Of a stretch of DNA of 64,000 nucleotides, positions 52,273 through 64,000 are shown in pieces. The notes under the pieces were generated by a model. It saw only the letters and a program-made list of their open reading frames with translations. It ran no database searches and had not been told where the DNA came from. Each line of letters opens with the position of its first letter. Position 1 is the stretch's first letter. The stretch spans positions 24,366,001-24,430,000 of the forward strand of contig JBHGNT010000001.1 in assembly GCA_043228905.1 (NCBI GenBank). Direction: 5' to 3'. This stretch comes from Azolla caroliniana. Taxonomy: Eukaryota; Plantae; Polypodiophyta. The position numbers and the translations under genes are program-made.

Positions 52273-55200
52273 ATGCCGTTCCAGTACCCCAAGTATAGGG
52301 ATGACCCGGACGCGGAGGCTCATGTTCACACTTTTCAACAAACATGGGAGGCGAACCATGTGTCACAACGGTTAACCGCAACCGAAGAGGAACGATCTAA
52401 GATAGCCGAATTCGATGTGACATTGGAAGGACCGGCCGCTAGATGGCACCGGACGCAGGACCCCAGCACCATCACCACCTTTGCAGACCTGAAAGCTAAA
52501 TTCCTGCACTTCTTTCAGAAGGAGGTGGACCAGAGAGAAATGGTGGGCCTATTTTATACCATCTGGCAGGACCCTGGGGAGAGCATTTCGTAGTTTGTCA
52601 TCCGATTTCAACGGATGCACAGTCAGCTTACCCGAACACCTCCGGAGTAAGAAACACGGGCTATATTCTTAGCCGCGCTCCGGGAACCTCTACGTACGGT
52701 ATGCACGGTCATCGACTTTCGCACAAGTACCGTCAACCAGGTCATCGACCGGGTTAGAGAAATGGAGAAAACAAGCTCTTGGCTAACAATGGGAGCACTC
52801 CAACGAGCGTTACCAACCGATGAGGATCTCCGGTTTCGACAGGCCATTCAATGCACAACATGCCTAAATGTCGGACACTCAGTACTAGAATGTACCATGC
52901 GGTCGCAATGTCTACTGTGTCATTCCAAGAACCACACAATGGAGCAGTGCGAGTACAATTTGTTGAATCGCCAAGCACCACCGGTTCGGCAAATCGAACC
53001 ACGGAGTACCAAGGAGGAGGAAGAAGAACGTTGGAGGCGAGAAGAGCGATATCGACCGGCACAGGATGTCCGGTACAGGGACAACTATGACCAGTATGAT
53101 AGATATGATCGGTACCGGGATCATAATGGACGGTATGAAAGATACAATCGGGACCAATCCCCCAGTTACAACCAACGACAGGAAGCCAATGGGAGACATG
53201 ATGACCAGCCCCGTCAAGAGTATCGGAACAAAAAGAAACGCCATTTCAAGAAAAGGGGTTACCTAAGGGAACCGGAGAAGGGTGCCCCAAGCAGCCAACC
53301 GGATCAAAGCCCCGCCGTTATCACAGGTCCTCCACCGGGGGTAGGAAACAACGCCGAATCCAGCACTACCCAGAAAGCATATTGCTACTATGGCCGACAA
53401 GAAGGACATTATAGAAATCAATGCCCGGCAAAGAGCTATGATAAACGACCGGCGGTGAACATGGTAGTCGCCGAAGTCGCAGACCTGCAGCAGGTAACCA
53501 CAAGATCGAAGGGTAAGGCGACGGAATGGGAGGTGCAAGAGGCCATCCGCAAGCAGGCAACGGAATGGGTAGAAAAGGCGAATGCGCGAAACATGGCAAA
53601 GCTTGCGCAGTAAAAGCAAAATACCGAAGAGCTCGCCGACAGCAGTCAGCCCAAAAATGCGACATGGCAGGCACTGCGGGAATGCCAAATCACACTGCCA
53701 TTAGGACGGCTCCTGCAACTAGTGCCCAGATTCACAGAAGGACTCAAGATAGGCATGACGGTAGGAGAAACACCACCAGCTCCAACAATCTTCTCAAATC
53801 CGGAGGAGGGACCGGCAGTAGTAGACACAAACAGTCCGGCAATCACAGCCATCGTGAAGGGAAGGAGTTACCCGGAACAGTAATAGATGGAGGATCCGGC
53901 GTCAATGTGATTAGCCTCCGAACATGCAAAACCTTGGGAATCCAAGAGTGGGAACCATGCTCGTTCTGGCTGCGGATGGCGGATACAAGCTCAGTGCGAC
54001 CGACCAGCTTGATATGAGATTTGGAAGTAACGATCAACGGCCACACATTTCGCATTTCGGCATTAGTGCTACAACTACAGGCACAAGGAGCTTACCCACT
54101 ATTGTTGGGGCGGCCGTGGTTGAAAACGGCGCACATTAAACAAAACTGGAGGAAGAATATAATCACCTTTCGGCGGGGAAAAGCAAAAGTACGGGTACCG
54201 ACACAACCACGGACGGGTACCGGGAAGGAACTGACACCCCTATATGCCGAATGCGTCAATATGCTGGACGGATTAGCAGACAAAGAGGTAGATCAATATT
54301 TGTAGGATAATCTGAAGATCGTACCTTTGTTCGAAATATATAGCCGATGCTGTATCACCATACATACTGCAACCGGACAGAGCCGATGAGGAACCAAATA
54401 AAGAAGTGATCCGGGAGCTACGACAAGCACAAGAGGCGCTGGAAAGAGAAATGGCCGTATTGCAACAGGTTAAAGCACCCCAACTAGAGGAGGTAAATCT
54501 AGGAACTACGGAAGAGGCAAGACCGGTGCACATCGCCAAGGAAATGACTCCGGAGAACAAAACGACGATGATTACATTTCTCAAAGAATCTCGGGACGTG
54601 TTTGCCTGGTCTTACGAGGATATGCGAGGGCTCGATCCTCAGCTATATCAGCAACAGATACATTTGAGCAAAGACGCCAAACTGGTAGCATAGCGGCGGT
54701 ACCGGATGAATCCAAATTACGCCGCCAAAGTCGAGGAAATCGACAAGTTGCTGAGGGTTGGCTTTATCTGCCCAGTAAAGAAATCTACATGGCTAAGCCC
54801 GATAGTAGTCGTACCAAAGAAAAACGGCAAAATTAGAGTTTGTGTCGACTACTGTAAGCTTAATGCGGCGACGATAATAGATGCATTCCCACTCCCATTT
54901 ACGGATGGAGTTTTGGACGCAGTCGTCGGCCATGAGGTATATAGTTTCTTAGACAGATTCAGCGGATACAACCAGATCCGGATGCACCCCGATGACTAGG
55001 AGAAAACGGCTTTCGTCACCGAATGGGGAGTGTTTGTTGCCGTAGTAATGATGTTCGGACTAAAAACGGCGCCGACAACATTCCAGAGGATCATCATGGA
55101 AATATTCAGAGAGTTCATACCGGCATTCATGCAGGTGTTTCTGGATGACTTCGCCGTCTATAACCAAGAAGGAGATCACTTTCAACACCTCCAACTGTTT

Positions 55201-57505
55201 CTAGAGAAATGTCAGGCTTACCGGCTAAGCTTGAATCCGGCAAAATGTGTATTCGGAGTGTCAAGCGGGGCGCTATTAGGACACATTGTGAGGAGGGAAG
55301 GAATTGTCGTGGACCCGAACAAAGTAAAAGCAATCTTGGAGGCATTGGCACCAACAACGGCTAAAGCATTAAGTCGTTTCTTAGGTCAAATCCGGTGGCA
55401 TAGCTGAATGCTCCGGTATTTGGTGGACCTAGCTACACCACTGCATGTTGCGGTACACCAAACACCGTACCAGTGGACCTACACCGAAGAAAAGGCGTAC
55501 CGGGCACTCAAAGTACTATTGTCGCAAGCGCCGGTAGTGCAACCCCCGAATTGGGCTAAGGAGTTTCATGTGTTCGTGGATGCGTCTGACATTGCAATCG
55601 GAAGTGCGTTGATGCAACTTACGGAGCCAAGGTGGTACCGGCCCGTATACTACGCAAGCCGAAAGTTATCCCAAGTTGAACGAAATTATTCCACCATGGA
55701 AAGGGAAGCTTTGGGCATGATCTACAACGTGACAAAATTCAGACATTATTGGCTGGGAAGGAAATTTTCCTTCCACGTAGATCATTCGGCACTCCTCTAT
55801 TTAGTTTCCAAAGCGTCACTAACCGGTAAGTTGGCATGGTGGACGTTACTGTTGCAGGAATTTGAGTTCGAAATATTCCACCAACCCGGCATACAGTACG
55901 CAGTAGCAGACTATTTGAGCCGGTTAGATTCCGGCGAGACTGGTGACGGAGTCCTGCACGAGTTTCCGGATGCTGAGCTATTTCGAGTCACCGCGGAAAC
56001 GGCAACAGATGAAACGGTGGTACAAGAAGATAAGTGGCTAACGAATATGCAACAATTTTTGAGCACTGGATTGCCTCCGGAGGAGATGAACTGGGACGAG
56101 AGGAAATGCATGGCGGTACAAAGCCGACACTTCTGTTTATTATGGGACACGCTATACCACAAAGGCGTGGACGGTATATGGCGACGGGCGGTGTGCAGCG
56201 ACGAGAAGGATATAATACTACGAGAAGCACACTGCAGAGTCGCCGGAGGCCATTACATCGGAGATGCTACAACAAGGAAGATATGGCAGAGTGGCCTATG
56301 GTGGCCGACAACATTGAAAGATGCGGTCCCGTATGCTAAAGAATGTGATCTATGTCAACGAATGGGCCAGCCAACCGAACAAGCTAGGATGCCGCACCAG
56401 CCGGTATTGCCGTTAGAACCATTTCAGAAATGGGGGCTGGATTTTGTGGGTCCATTCAAATCACCGGCAATGAAAACTGGCAACCGGTATGTGATCGTAG
56501 CTACGGATTACTGCATGAAATGGGTAGAAGCCAAAGCCTTGCACAACAACACCGTGGCATCGACAGTGAAATTCTTGTATGAATACATCTGGTGCTAGGT
56601 ATGGATGCCCGATCGAGCTAATAAGTGACCAAGGAGGGCACTTTCTCGGCCAAGTGGTGGAAAGCTTGACGTCATTCTATGCCGTGGTGCATAAACGGAG
56701 CACGCCATACTATCCGCAAGCAAACGGGTTAGCCGAGTCGACAAACAAAACGCTACAGAATATCCTTTGGAAAATCGTCAACGAAAACCGGACAGACTGG
56801 GATAGGAAGTTGCACAGCGCACTCTGGGCTTACCGGAAAACCTACAAAACAAACATCCAAACCACACCATTCTGGCTAGCATTTGGATTGGAAGCTGTCA
56901 TGCCGGTAGAGTTCCAGGTCTTGATCTTATGGATTCAGATTAGGGAACGGTTAAACGAAAAGGAATCGGAGGCAATTCAGTTAGCGGCTCTGTGTGAACT
57001 AGAAGAACACCGACTAGCGAGTATCATGCACCTGGAACTGGAGCAACGACGACAAAAGGCGTTTGTGGATCGCCACCAAAAAGGAAATGAAAAGATGTTT
57101 GGAATTGGCAAGCCGGTACTAGTGTTCCAGACCCAGATGGGAAAGATGCCAGGGAAACTACGGTTTCGGTGGACCGGACCGTACTAGATCACACGCGAGT
57201 TCAATGGATCCTACCAGTTAGGGACACTTGCCGGCGAAGTCCTTGGTAAGTGGGTCAACGGATTTCGACTAAAGCCATACAAGGGACCCATGCCGAGGAA
57301 CCCATTTGAACAAGGAAAGGTCGATGCCGAACCATATACCGGAATACCGGAAACAACGGCAACCCAATTAGCAATCGGCAACAACGAAGCCGGTAAGGGG
57401 GACAAAGAGCCGGCATACGGGTTGGATAAGAGGACGGCAAACCATCACGAGGCCGGCAAAATTCCTCATTCAAGTAAGGGTCCGATAGGACCAAAGCCGA
57501 ATTAA
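52273..57505 (+). pseudogene. Gypsy gag-pol, disrupted
   Basis: CCHC knuckles; VIDGGSGVNV (PR); KKNGKIRVCVDY and FLDDF (RT); FVDASD..YYASR..EREAL (RH); KWGLDFVGP, SDQG, NGLAE and WTGPY (INT). Confidence 0.92.
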
Positions 57506-57789
57506 CCTAACAATTGATATTAATCAAAACAAAAAAAAAGAAAAAAGAAAAAGAAAAAAGAAAAAGAAATCGAAACGAATCAAAGAAATCATGCAAAGGA
57601 GTGGTGGGAATGACCATGCAAACGAGGAGTAAAGAGGCACTTCGAAAAGGTACGAGGAGGCTATGAATAGGGCATTAAACCACTGCCACATGGCACGTAA
57701 TGCTATTATAGTACACGACCTGCACATGCGTCGGCTCGAAAAAGGCGCCAAGATGTAGAGAGAAAATGCCCCCCGCATTGAGACCTTCT

Positions 57790-58255
57790 TCTTTCGCAAA
57801 CCAAGGAGCACAGATGCACACAGGCGCTTGAAGATCATCAGAAGAGAGCCAACACACACAGAGCTTCATCACACAGAGCTTCCTCATACACAACCCTCAC
57901 CAACGTTGTCCGACCTCGATGCAAACATGGACTGCCAGACTCTCTCTGAGGCCGCCAAGAAATGGCTACGACAACACGGATTGGAGGGGTTCCTCACAAT
58001 CATGGAAGCACCACCACACAAAGAAGCCGACAAGGTCATCAAAGAAATTGACACCGAGTTGATCACGGAGGAAGCGATTCGTGCACTAACAGGCCTTCCG
58101 GAGGGGGGCATCTATACAATTGACAACCCTACCTCCGAACGGCTCATCAAATACTTCGGCGAGTATTCTCTGGCCAGCAAGGGCTACAAGACATAGGGCG
58201 GAGAAGATATGTTATTCGGAGGAATTACCTGTGTACTCCATGAGTTCGGCCACGT
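57790..58255 (+). pseudogene. Extra ORF N-terminal part, possibly plant-mobile-domain-like
   Basis: ITEEAIRALTGLPEGG; KYFGEYSLASKGYKT aligns with EYFGAYSISGKAYHT at ~63930-63975 (-). Confidence 0.55.
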
Positions 58256-59850
58256 TGTCGTGAAGAATTTCGTCCAGAGGCGGAAACCGGGAAACATTGA
58301 CTACATCGGCGAGGTGCAGCATGTATACTCACGCTTGTACATTTAGTGTGAATAACGAGGGCGCCTTTATGGCGCCGAAGAGTAGTCAAGTCGGGACAGA
58401 CGATCCCATGTAAGTCGGGATTTATCCCACATTGTAACGCATCCCTCTCCTTGTTCTATAAAAGGAAGCGAGCGCCCATTGTGAAAGGGTTGCCCGTTTT
58501 GTGTTAGAGGGTATACCGTTAGGTTTAGAGTTAGGTTTTTTTTTTCTTCTTCTTCTTCTTGGCGGGCAAGTCGACCATTGAGGGCTGTCTCTACTAGGTC
58601 TCCTGTGCAAGACCCCGCTCCGCATGACGAGCCCAAGAGCTCCCCGGACGGCGGCCGTTTTGTGTTAGAGGGTATACCGTTAGGTTTAGAGTTAGTTTTT
58701 TTTTTTCTTCTTCTTCTTCTTGGCGGGCAAGTCGACCATTGAGGGCTGTCTCTACTAGGTCTCCTGTGCAAGACCCCGCTCCGCATGACGAGCCCAAGAG
58801 CTCCCCGGACGGCGGCTTGGAAGCAGACTACTACTGTAACCTACCCTACCATGGTCCGGCTCGAAACCGGGGTTGCATTCTTTCCCTTGAAATACTTACT
58901 TTTGCGTCTGTCTATGCATATTCGTGTCTCTGTTGGTGTCGGGCGCTTCCCCTTTCCTGCGTTTCCTGTACATAAGGGCGTGAGTCGGGTCCGCCTGTGT
59001 GTGTGTGTGTGTGTGTGCATGTGTGTGCGCGAGTCGGTGTCAAGCGCGTGCTCCCTCTCTTTCTCTCTCCCCCTTCGGTTGCCTCCGGTGTGCTTCTCGG
59101 ATGCCCCGGAAATGGTGAAGTACGACTTCCTACGCTCCGTCACTCCCTAGTCCAAGACCCCCGTGGTCCCGCCTTTCTCCACGCACGCACGTAACCACGC
59201 GACATCTTTGGTGAACCCGACGTGAAAGGCGGCAAGGGAGGATGGATTCGGAAGATGACGACCTCGCGGCGATGGTGGCCGAAGTGGTGCTGGAGTCGGC
59301 ACGAGTGGTGATGAGGCGAGAAGCAACGCAACAAGCAGTCGAGCGAGTAGTCGAAAGAGTCGGCCGTTTCAACGGGGACAAAGTCCCATCTTACTTGGAA
59401 GCCTACAACGCGGAAATGGAGGAGCGAGACGTGGACGAAGCGTTGAGGCTGGAATTCTTCTGTCGGGTTGTCGTCGTCCGTATGCACGCAGAAGTAAAGG
59501 AGCTCAGACAAGCTCATAGTTGATGGGAGGCCTTTGAAGAGGCGCTCCTGCAGGCATATGGAGGACGGCGGAAGAGCCGGGAACGACACGACTTCGACCA
59601 GTGGGTCGCATCGGCAAAGACCCACCGGGGCGTGACGAAGGCGTTCCGAGAGTTCGAGCGATGGCTTGCTCGGCTCCCGGAGCGGGAACAAGGTTTGGTT
59701 GGGACGGGCAAGGTCCTATTATTCGTCAGGTCGATCGACTGAGCGGAACGGGAGGCCATCGGGATGGAGCTCGAAGACGATGACGGAGCGAATGGGCTTA
59801 CGGAGGACTGGTCGAAGGTCGGAAGGGTGTGCCAACGGCTAGACGATGAA
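58256..59850 (+). mobile_element. Trp-family Gypsy 5' fragment: LTR 58256-59204 (internal ~160-bp duplication), PBS 59209-59226, gag remnant
   Basis: TGTCGTGAAG...GCGACA; exact TGGTGAACCCGACGTGAA; VERVGRFNGDKVPSYLEAY. Confidence 0.88.
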
Positions 59851-61043
59851 CTTGCCGCACAAGAAGCACTATGGAGCCGCGAACGAGATTTAAAGAAAGC
59901 GACAAAAGAGGAGTTAAAGAAGACTGTTGAAAACCTCCGCTAGACAGAAGAAAATCTGCGGAAAGGGCATCAAGCTTACGACCGGCTAAAGGAGGAAAAA
60001 GAAAACTCGTTGCAGGAGAAGGACAAGCTACGACGGATGGAGGAAACGGAAATCGAAAGGCTGAATGAAGAACTCCGTCAACAAAAGGACCGGGAAGACC
60101 GCGCTCGCCGGCAAATCAACCAGAGGCTAAAGCAGAAGACAGAGGACTTCGACCACCTGCACCGGAACTTTAAGAGATTGGACACGGAGTATAAGCAACA
60201 GCAGGAAAGGATGGCCGAGCTCCGACAGGAAGTTGATAGGGCCACAACGGCACTCGCCGACGAACGGGTTGAGAATACAAAGCTATTGGAGGAAGCGGCG
60301 AGGGACGGCATGGAGCTCCACAAGCAGCACAATGAAGAAAAGGAGAGGGCGACAATGGTGTTACAGAGGTTGCAAACAACCTATCAGAGTCAATTGTCGC
60401 AATCATCAAGCAATTGAAAGAGGAGCGACAAGCCGCGGAGAACAAATCACAGATGGGAATGGAACGGATCCAGTGCATCCTCCGATCATGGCTAAACAAG
60501 ACCAAACGCTTGATTGACGAGAGCTCCGTGCGATGGTGGACGAAATGGGCGCAGAATACGGTGGAACTCCAGTTGCTCAGGGCGGACGCCGAAAACCGGT
60601 GGAAGGAAGGTGACGACTGTTACATGCTCACATTGGAGGACTTCGCCGCCATAAAGGATGAGCTGGCAGAAGATTTCACAGCTCTGGCGGATGAGCAATT
60701 GGTGCAGGTCCAGCAACTCATAGCTCAACTAGACGACGATCGGATGGATGCTCAAATCCAGTTTGAGAGCTATGAGCGGTCCCGGCTTAGGGAAGAAAAA
60801 GCAAGGCAGGCGGCAACGGTCAACCTCAGTGATGAGGAACCGTCACCGGTACAAGGACCAGATGGAGACCAGGCCGGGGTAAGTCAACCAGAGACAACTC
60901 CGACGGAGGAAACAACGAAGGAAATGCCGGTGCCAGAGCAACAGTCAGAGTCACGGCCGGAGCCACAGCAGCAACAACAGATTTCCGTCAAGCCACTGGA
61001 GACCCTAGAGCAAAGCATCCTAGATATCTTGAACGAAGAGTAA
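59851..61043 (+). pseudogene. Coiled-coil C-terminal part of the extra ORF
   Basis: E/K/R/Q-rich heptad-like ORFs 60010..60417 and 60414..61043. Confidence 0.65.
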
Positions 61044-61594
61044 GGGGCCGGTGTGGGATTCGACGTACAAGGTACTATCCCATAGGCATGCCATGTGTTA
61101 CCCGGCCGGCAAAGACCAAGGTGTGAAAAGGGGAATTGTTATTTGGGAATCTGTTGAAATTACTAGTCTTAATATATATATTAATATATGAGAAGATGTG
61201 GATGGACGGACCGGAATCGGTATGCCGATCCGGATCCAGACTGATCCCGAATAGGTGCCGGTTGGCACCGTTTTGTACTTCGCACCGGTGACCTATATAA
61301 AGGCCTGCTTACAATGTAGTCATTAACGGGAGAGTAATATAAACCTTTTGTTTAATCATTGAGTATTGTTCACCATTCTGTGCTTATTGTATATCTTACA
61401 CGTGTTAATGATGTATTGCTAAGTAATCGATTAAGGTCCAATTAAGCGTTGTGTCGTAAGTTATCTCGCCGTAACACCCTTTGGTGAAGTGTCTTGAGTG
61501 GACACCCTGTGTTAGGTTGTTGTCTGGCCCTAAGGATTAACAACCGACCTTTCAGCAAGTAGTCGCTTCAGGCTCGCGGCTCACGGCTTGTTCC

Positions 61595-62322
61595 TGACGG
61601 GAACTCAACGCTCCTATGTCCAACGCTCGGCCACAACCGAGATTCTTTTCATACACAGAAAACGGGAAACAAATGCACGACACAAAGGAGAGAGAAAAAG
61701 GTAGACATGATGTTTACGTGGAAAACCCAAATTGAGGGAAAAACCACAGCAGCGCACAGGCTGCAAACTATCACTATATTGGAATGTACAAACAGTGAGT
61801 TCACGGAAGCAACGACCTCGTGCTCACGATCTTCGCTACAGGCGGCGGTTACAACAGAGGCAATGACCTCGTTCTCTCTCTCTTAACCTGTACACTGTTA
61901 CACGCTCTCTCTTCTTGCACCAACAAGAAAATGACAACAACTACAACTCATACTAAAAGTTTGCCCTAAGTCATATTTATACTAATATGACTTTTCGGCT
62001 ATTTACAAATATAGCCTCGATGGACTCTCAGAAACATATTTACGAATATGTCTCTTCATCCGGTTCATACCGGGTCTGCACCATCCGGCTCTCCGTAGCC
62101 GGGTACTCCTCATCCGGTTCATACCGAGTCTGTATCATCTGGCTCTTCGTAGCCGGGTACTCCTCATCCGGTTCATATCGGGTTTGCACCATCCGGCTCT
62201 CCGTAGCCAGGTACTCCTCATCCGGTTCATACCGGGTTTGTATCATCCGGCTCTCCGTAGCCGAGATTGTTCGTCGGCACTGTTCTTCTCCCTTCCCATC
62301 CGGAGGGACCTGTCTCCCAACA
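61595..62322 (-). mobile_element. Copia-type solo LTR with four 51-bp tandem repeats (~62055-62262)
   Basis: TG...CA termini with TSD GTTCC/GTTCC; ACGTGGAAAACCC..GAAAAACCAC motif shared with ~18171. Confidence 0.85.
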
Positions 62323-62560
62323 GTTCCCGTAGCTAGCCAAGAATGTTGTTGTGGTTCTGTTCTGCCAACTCGGCTAGAGCGATCTGGGCCTGAAGTTCCT
62401 CCTGGTAGTCCCGAAGGGGAGACCCTGTCTGGGTTGCCACTTGCTGGATTTGGGGCAAGGGCTCCCTGTCTGTCTATGTAGATCGTTCCATGACAACCGG
62501 GGGTGGTGGCGTTTGCGTGGAGGCTTGGTTGGTTTAGGGGTGCGGGTTGATATCTGCCCA

Positions 62561-64000
62561 TTACGATGGCTGACTTATCTGTACCGAGTCCGTCATTGTG
62601 TTGGCCTCGACCGTGGCTTCCCTAGGGTGGGCGGTGTCATCTTTGTGTGCGTCGGTACCTTCAACACTCGGGCTCGGGTACGGAAGAGTGGCTGGTGAGA
62701 TAGCGTCACTTGGCGTAGGGAGGCTTAAGGGTGGCTGATGCTGCTTGAATGTCACAAGTTTCATCTCGGGGGCATGCCATAGCTTGGTAGCCCGTTTGGC
62801 TTGCTGATGCGCCGTTTTGATACGTCGGGCCATGTCCTTGGCTGCCCGAGTAGTGTGGTGCAGATTGCGATATGCCTCGACTAAGGCCATGTTCAGATCT
62901 GGTAGTTCCATGAGGAGCAAAGCATTTTGTGCTTGCTTCTTCCAACCTATCTTTTGTAAGGCTCGATCCTCGTGAGGTTCGATTTCACCCATTAGAGCGC
63001 GTTGAATCATCTTCGTTTCGGCGTGCTCCTCGGCAATACGAGCGGCGGCAGCTACTTGGGCGCGCGCGAGGAAATCCATTAGCTCATATGTTGTGCCCAG
63101 TCGAAGTAGTGCACTGAACTCGTATGGCTCCGCGGGGAGATCTTTGTAACCGAGGACTTCCTCCTCTGATATCTGCGTGGTTTGTCCATGACTCCGCTGG
63201 TACCATGTCCGCTGAGGTTGGGCTAGCCTCTTTTGATTTCTGATGATGGTCTCCCTCGGTTTCTGTGGTCGCCTCTCGAATGATGCGGCATCTTTTTGGC
63301 GGCTGCTCCTGTGCGTCCAGGGCCGGTGGTGTTGACTCCTCGGCCTGTTTCCTCTTTTGCTGCCGGATGGCCGAGGGTTGTTGGCTTGTGAGCCGTGGGC
63401 TCGGTCGCGGAGAGGTCATTGATGTCCTTAGCGGTTTCTGGCGTATGGTGACATCGTCCCATTCGGCCTCGTCCCATTCGGCACGGGTCGCTGTTACCAC
63501 CCGTTGTTTCTGTGTTTTTGGTGGGGGTGGTGCCGAGGCGGAAGTGGGGTTCCGTACGCTTGAGGGAGGTGGAGAAGGCAAGGGGTCTTCCCATTCTTCC
63601 TGGGTTATCTCCAAATTCTTCACCCTTTGTTTCCTTGGTGTTGGTGGAGAGGTCAAGATGCGATGAGGGGAAACCGAAGGGGGTGGGTAGAGGACTGTGA
63701 GGAAGTGATTGATCACAAGCAACAAACGCTTACCGGTTTGGAAGGATTCGAGCACCGCGCGAACTCCTTCACCGGTGATGATTCCCCAATCGATTTTGTT
63801 TCCCTCGTATTCACTGATAATGATCGCCACTTTGTTCTATGGCATACTCGTAGGGTTGGTATGCACAAACGCGTACTCCATCAGGATGCGAGCGATTTCT
63901 CCGAATGCCTTGTTGGATCCACCGTAGGTATGATAGGCCTTACCAGATATGGAATACGCACCAAAGTATTCCTTTAGGGTCGTGGAAGGGGGAATCTCTA
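62561..64000 (-). pseudogene. Extra ORF middle/N-terminal part of the minus-strand Gypsy element
   Basis: ORFs 63084..63830 and 62561..63079; KIDWGIITGEG motif followed by a Pro-rich linker. Confidence 0.6.

Larger units (their letters stand above)
51164..61542 (+). mobile_element. Ty3/gypsy non-chromovirus (Athila-like RT/RH) element with a 3' extra ORF
   Basis: LTRs 51164-51608 and 61096-61542 (TGTTAC...TTAACA); flanks ACTTA/ACCGA (imperfect TSD, but removal restores the host frame ERSVALEVREREV). Confidence 0.9.
49404..64000 (-). mobile_element. Gypsy non-chromovirus 3' region (extra ORF plus 3' LTR 49404-49899), split by two insertions and running off the window
   Basis: LTR TGTTG...ATAACA with a minus-strand TATATAAA; ORF pieces 50015-51163, 61543-61594 and 62323-64000 include segments homologous to 57828-58255 and 60010-61043. 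Confidence 0.75.

Noticed and set aside
59851-61043. env-like gene or captured host myosin/SMC gene
   Set aside because: No signal peptide or transmembrane segment is evident, and it has a positional homologue in a second element; coiled-coil similarity alone is uninformative.
61031-61050. Purine-rich run as the PPT of the 51164 element
   Set aside because: It lies about 45 nt from the LTR, overlaps the ORF end, and is at a different distance in the related element.
61987-62561. ORFs with 17-aa repeats on both strands
   Set aside because: They are by-products of the 51-bp tandem repeats in a solo LTR bounded by a TSD.

Overview
This window is a densely nested island of LTR retrotransposons from a non-seed land plant. 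The taxon is inferred from a plastid chlB fragment, a ycf3 fragment carrying apparent C-to-U editing sites, and self-priming Tcn1-type chromoviruses. About 90% of it resolves into Ty1/copia and Ty3/gypsy elements, solo LTRs and fragments; several boundaries are confirmed by target-site duplications (TSDs), and no convincing intact host gene is visible. Four observations stand out. (1) A near-intact, very young Gypsy element (10261-17585) is primed by tRNA-Trp, fuses Gag and PR, and appears to reach RT-RH-INT by a -1 frameshift (G GAU UUU plus an H-type pseudoknot). (2) All four clearly bounded insertions of that family abut ACGT, implying sequence-specific 4-bp target choice. (3) Two related non-chromoviral Gypsy elements have no PPT beside the 3' LTR, but instead a sense copy of a tRNA-Arg-like 3' end, suggesting tRNA-primed plus-strand synthesis. 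(4) A mosaic plastid insertion (trnP + chlB + ycf3) sits in a hairpin loop of one chromovirus LTR. Lineage names and tRNA sequences are from memory and need database confirmation.
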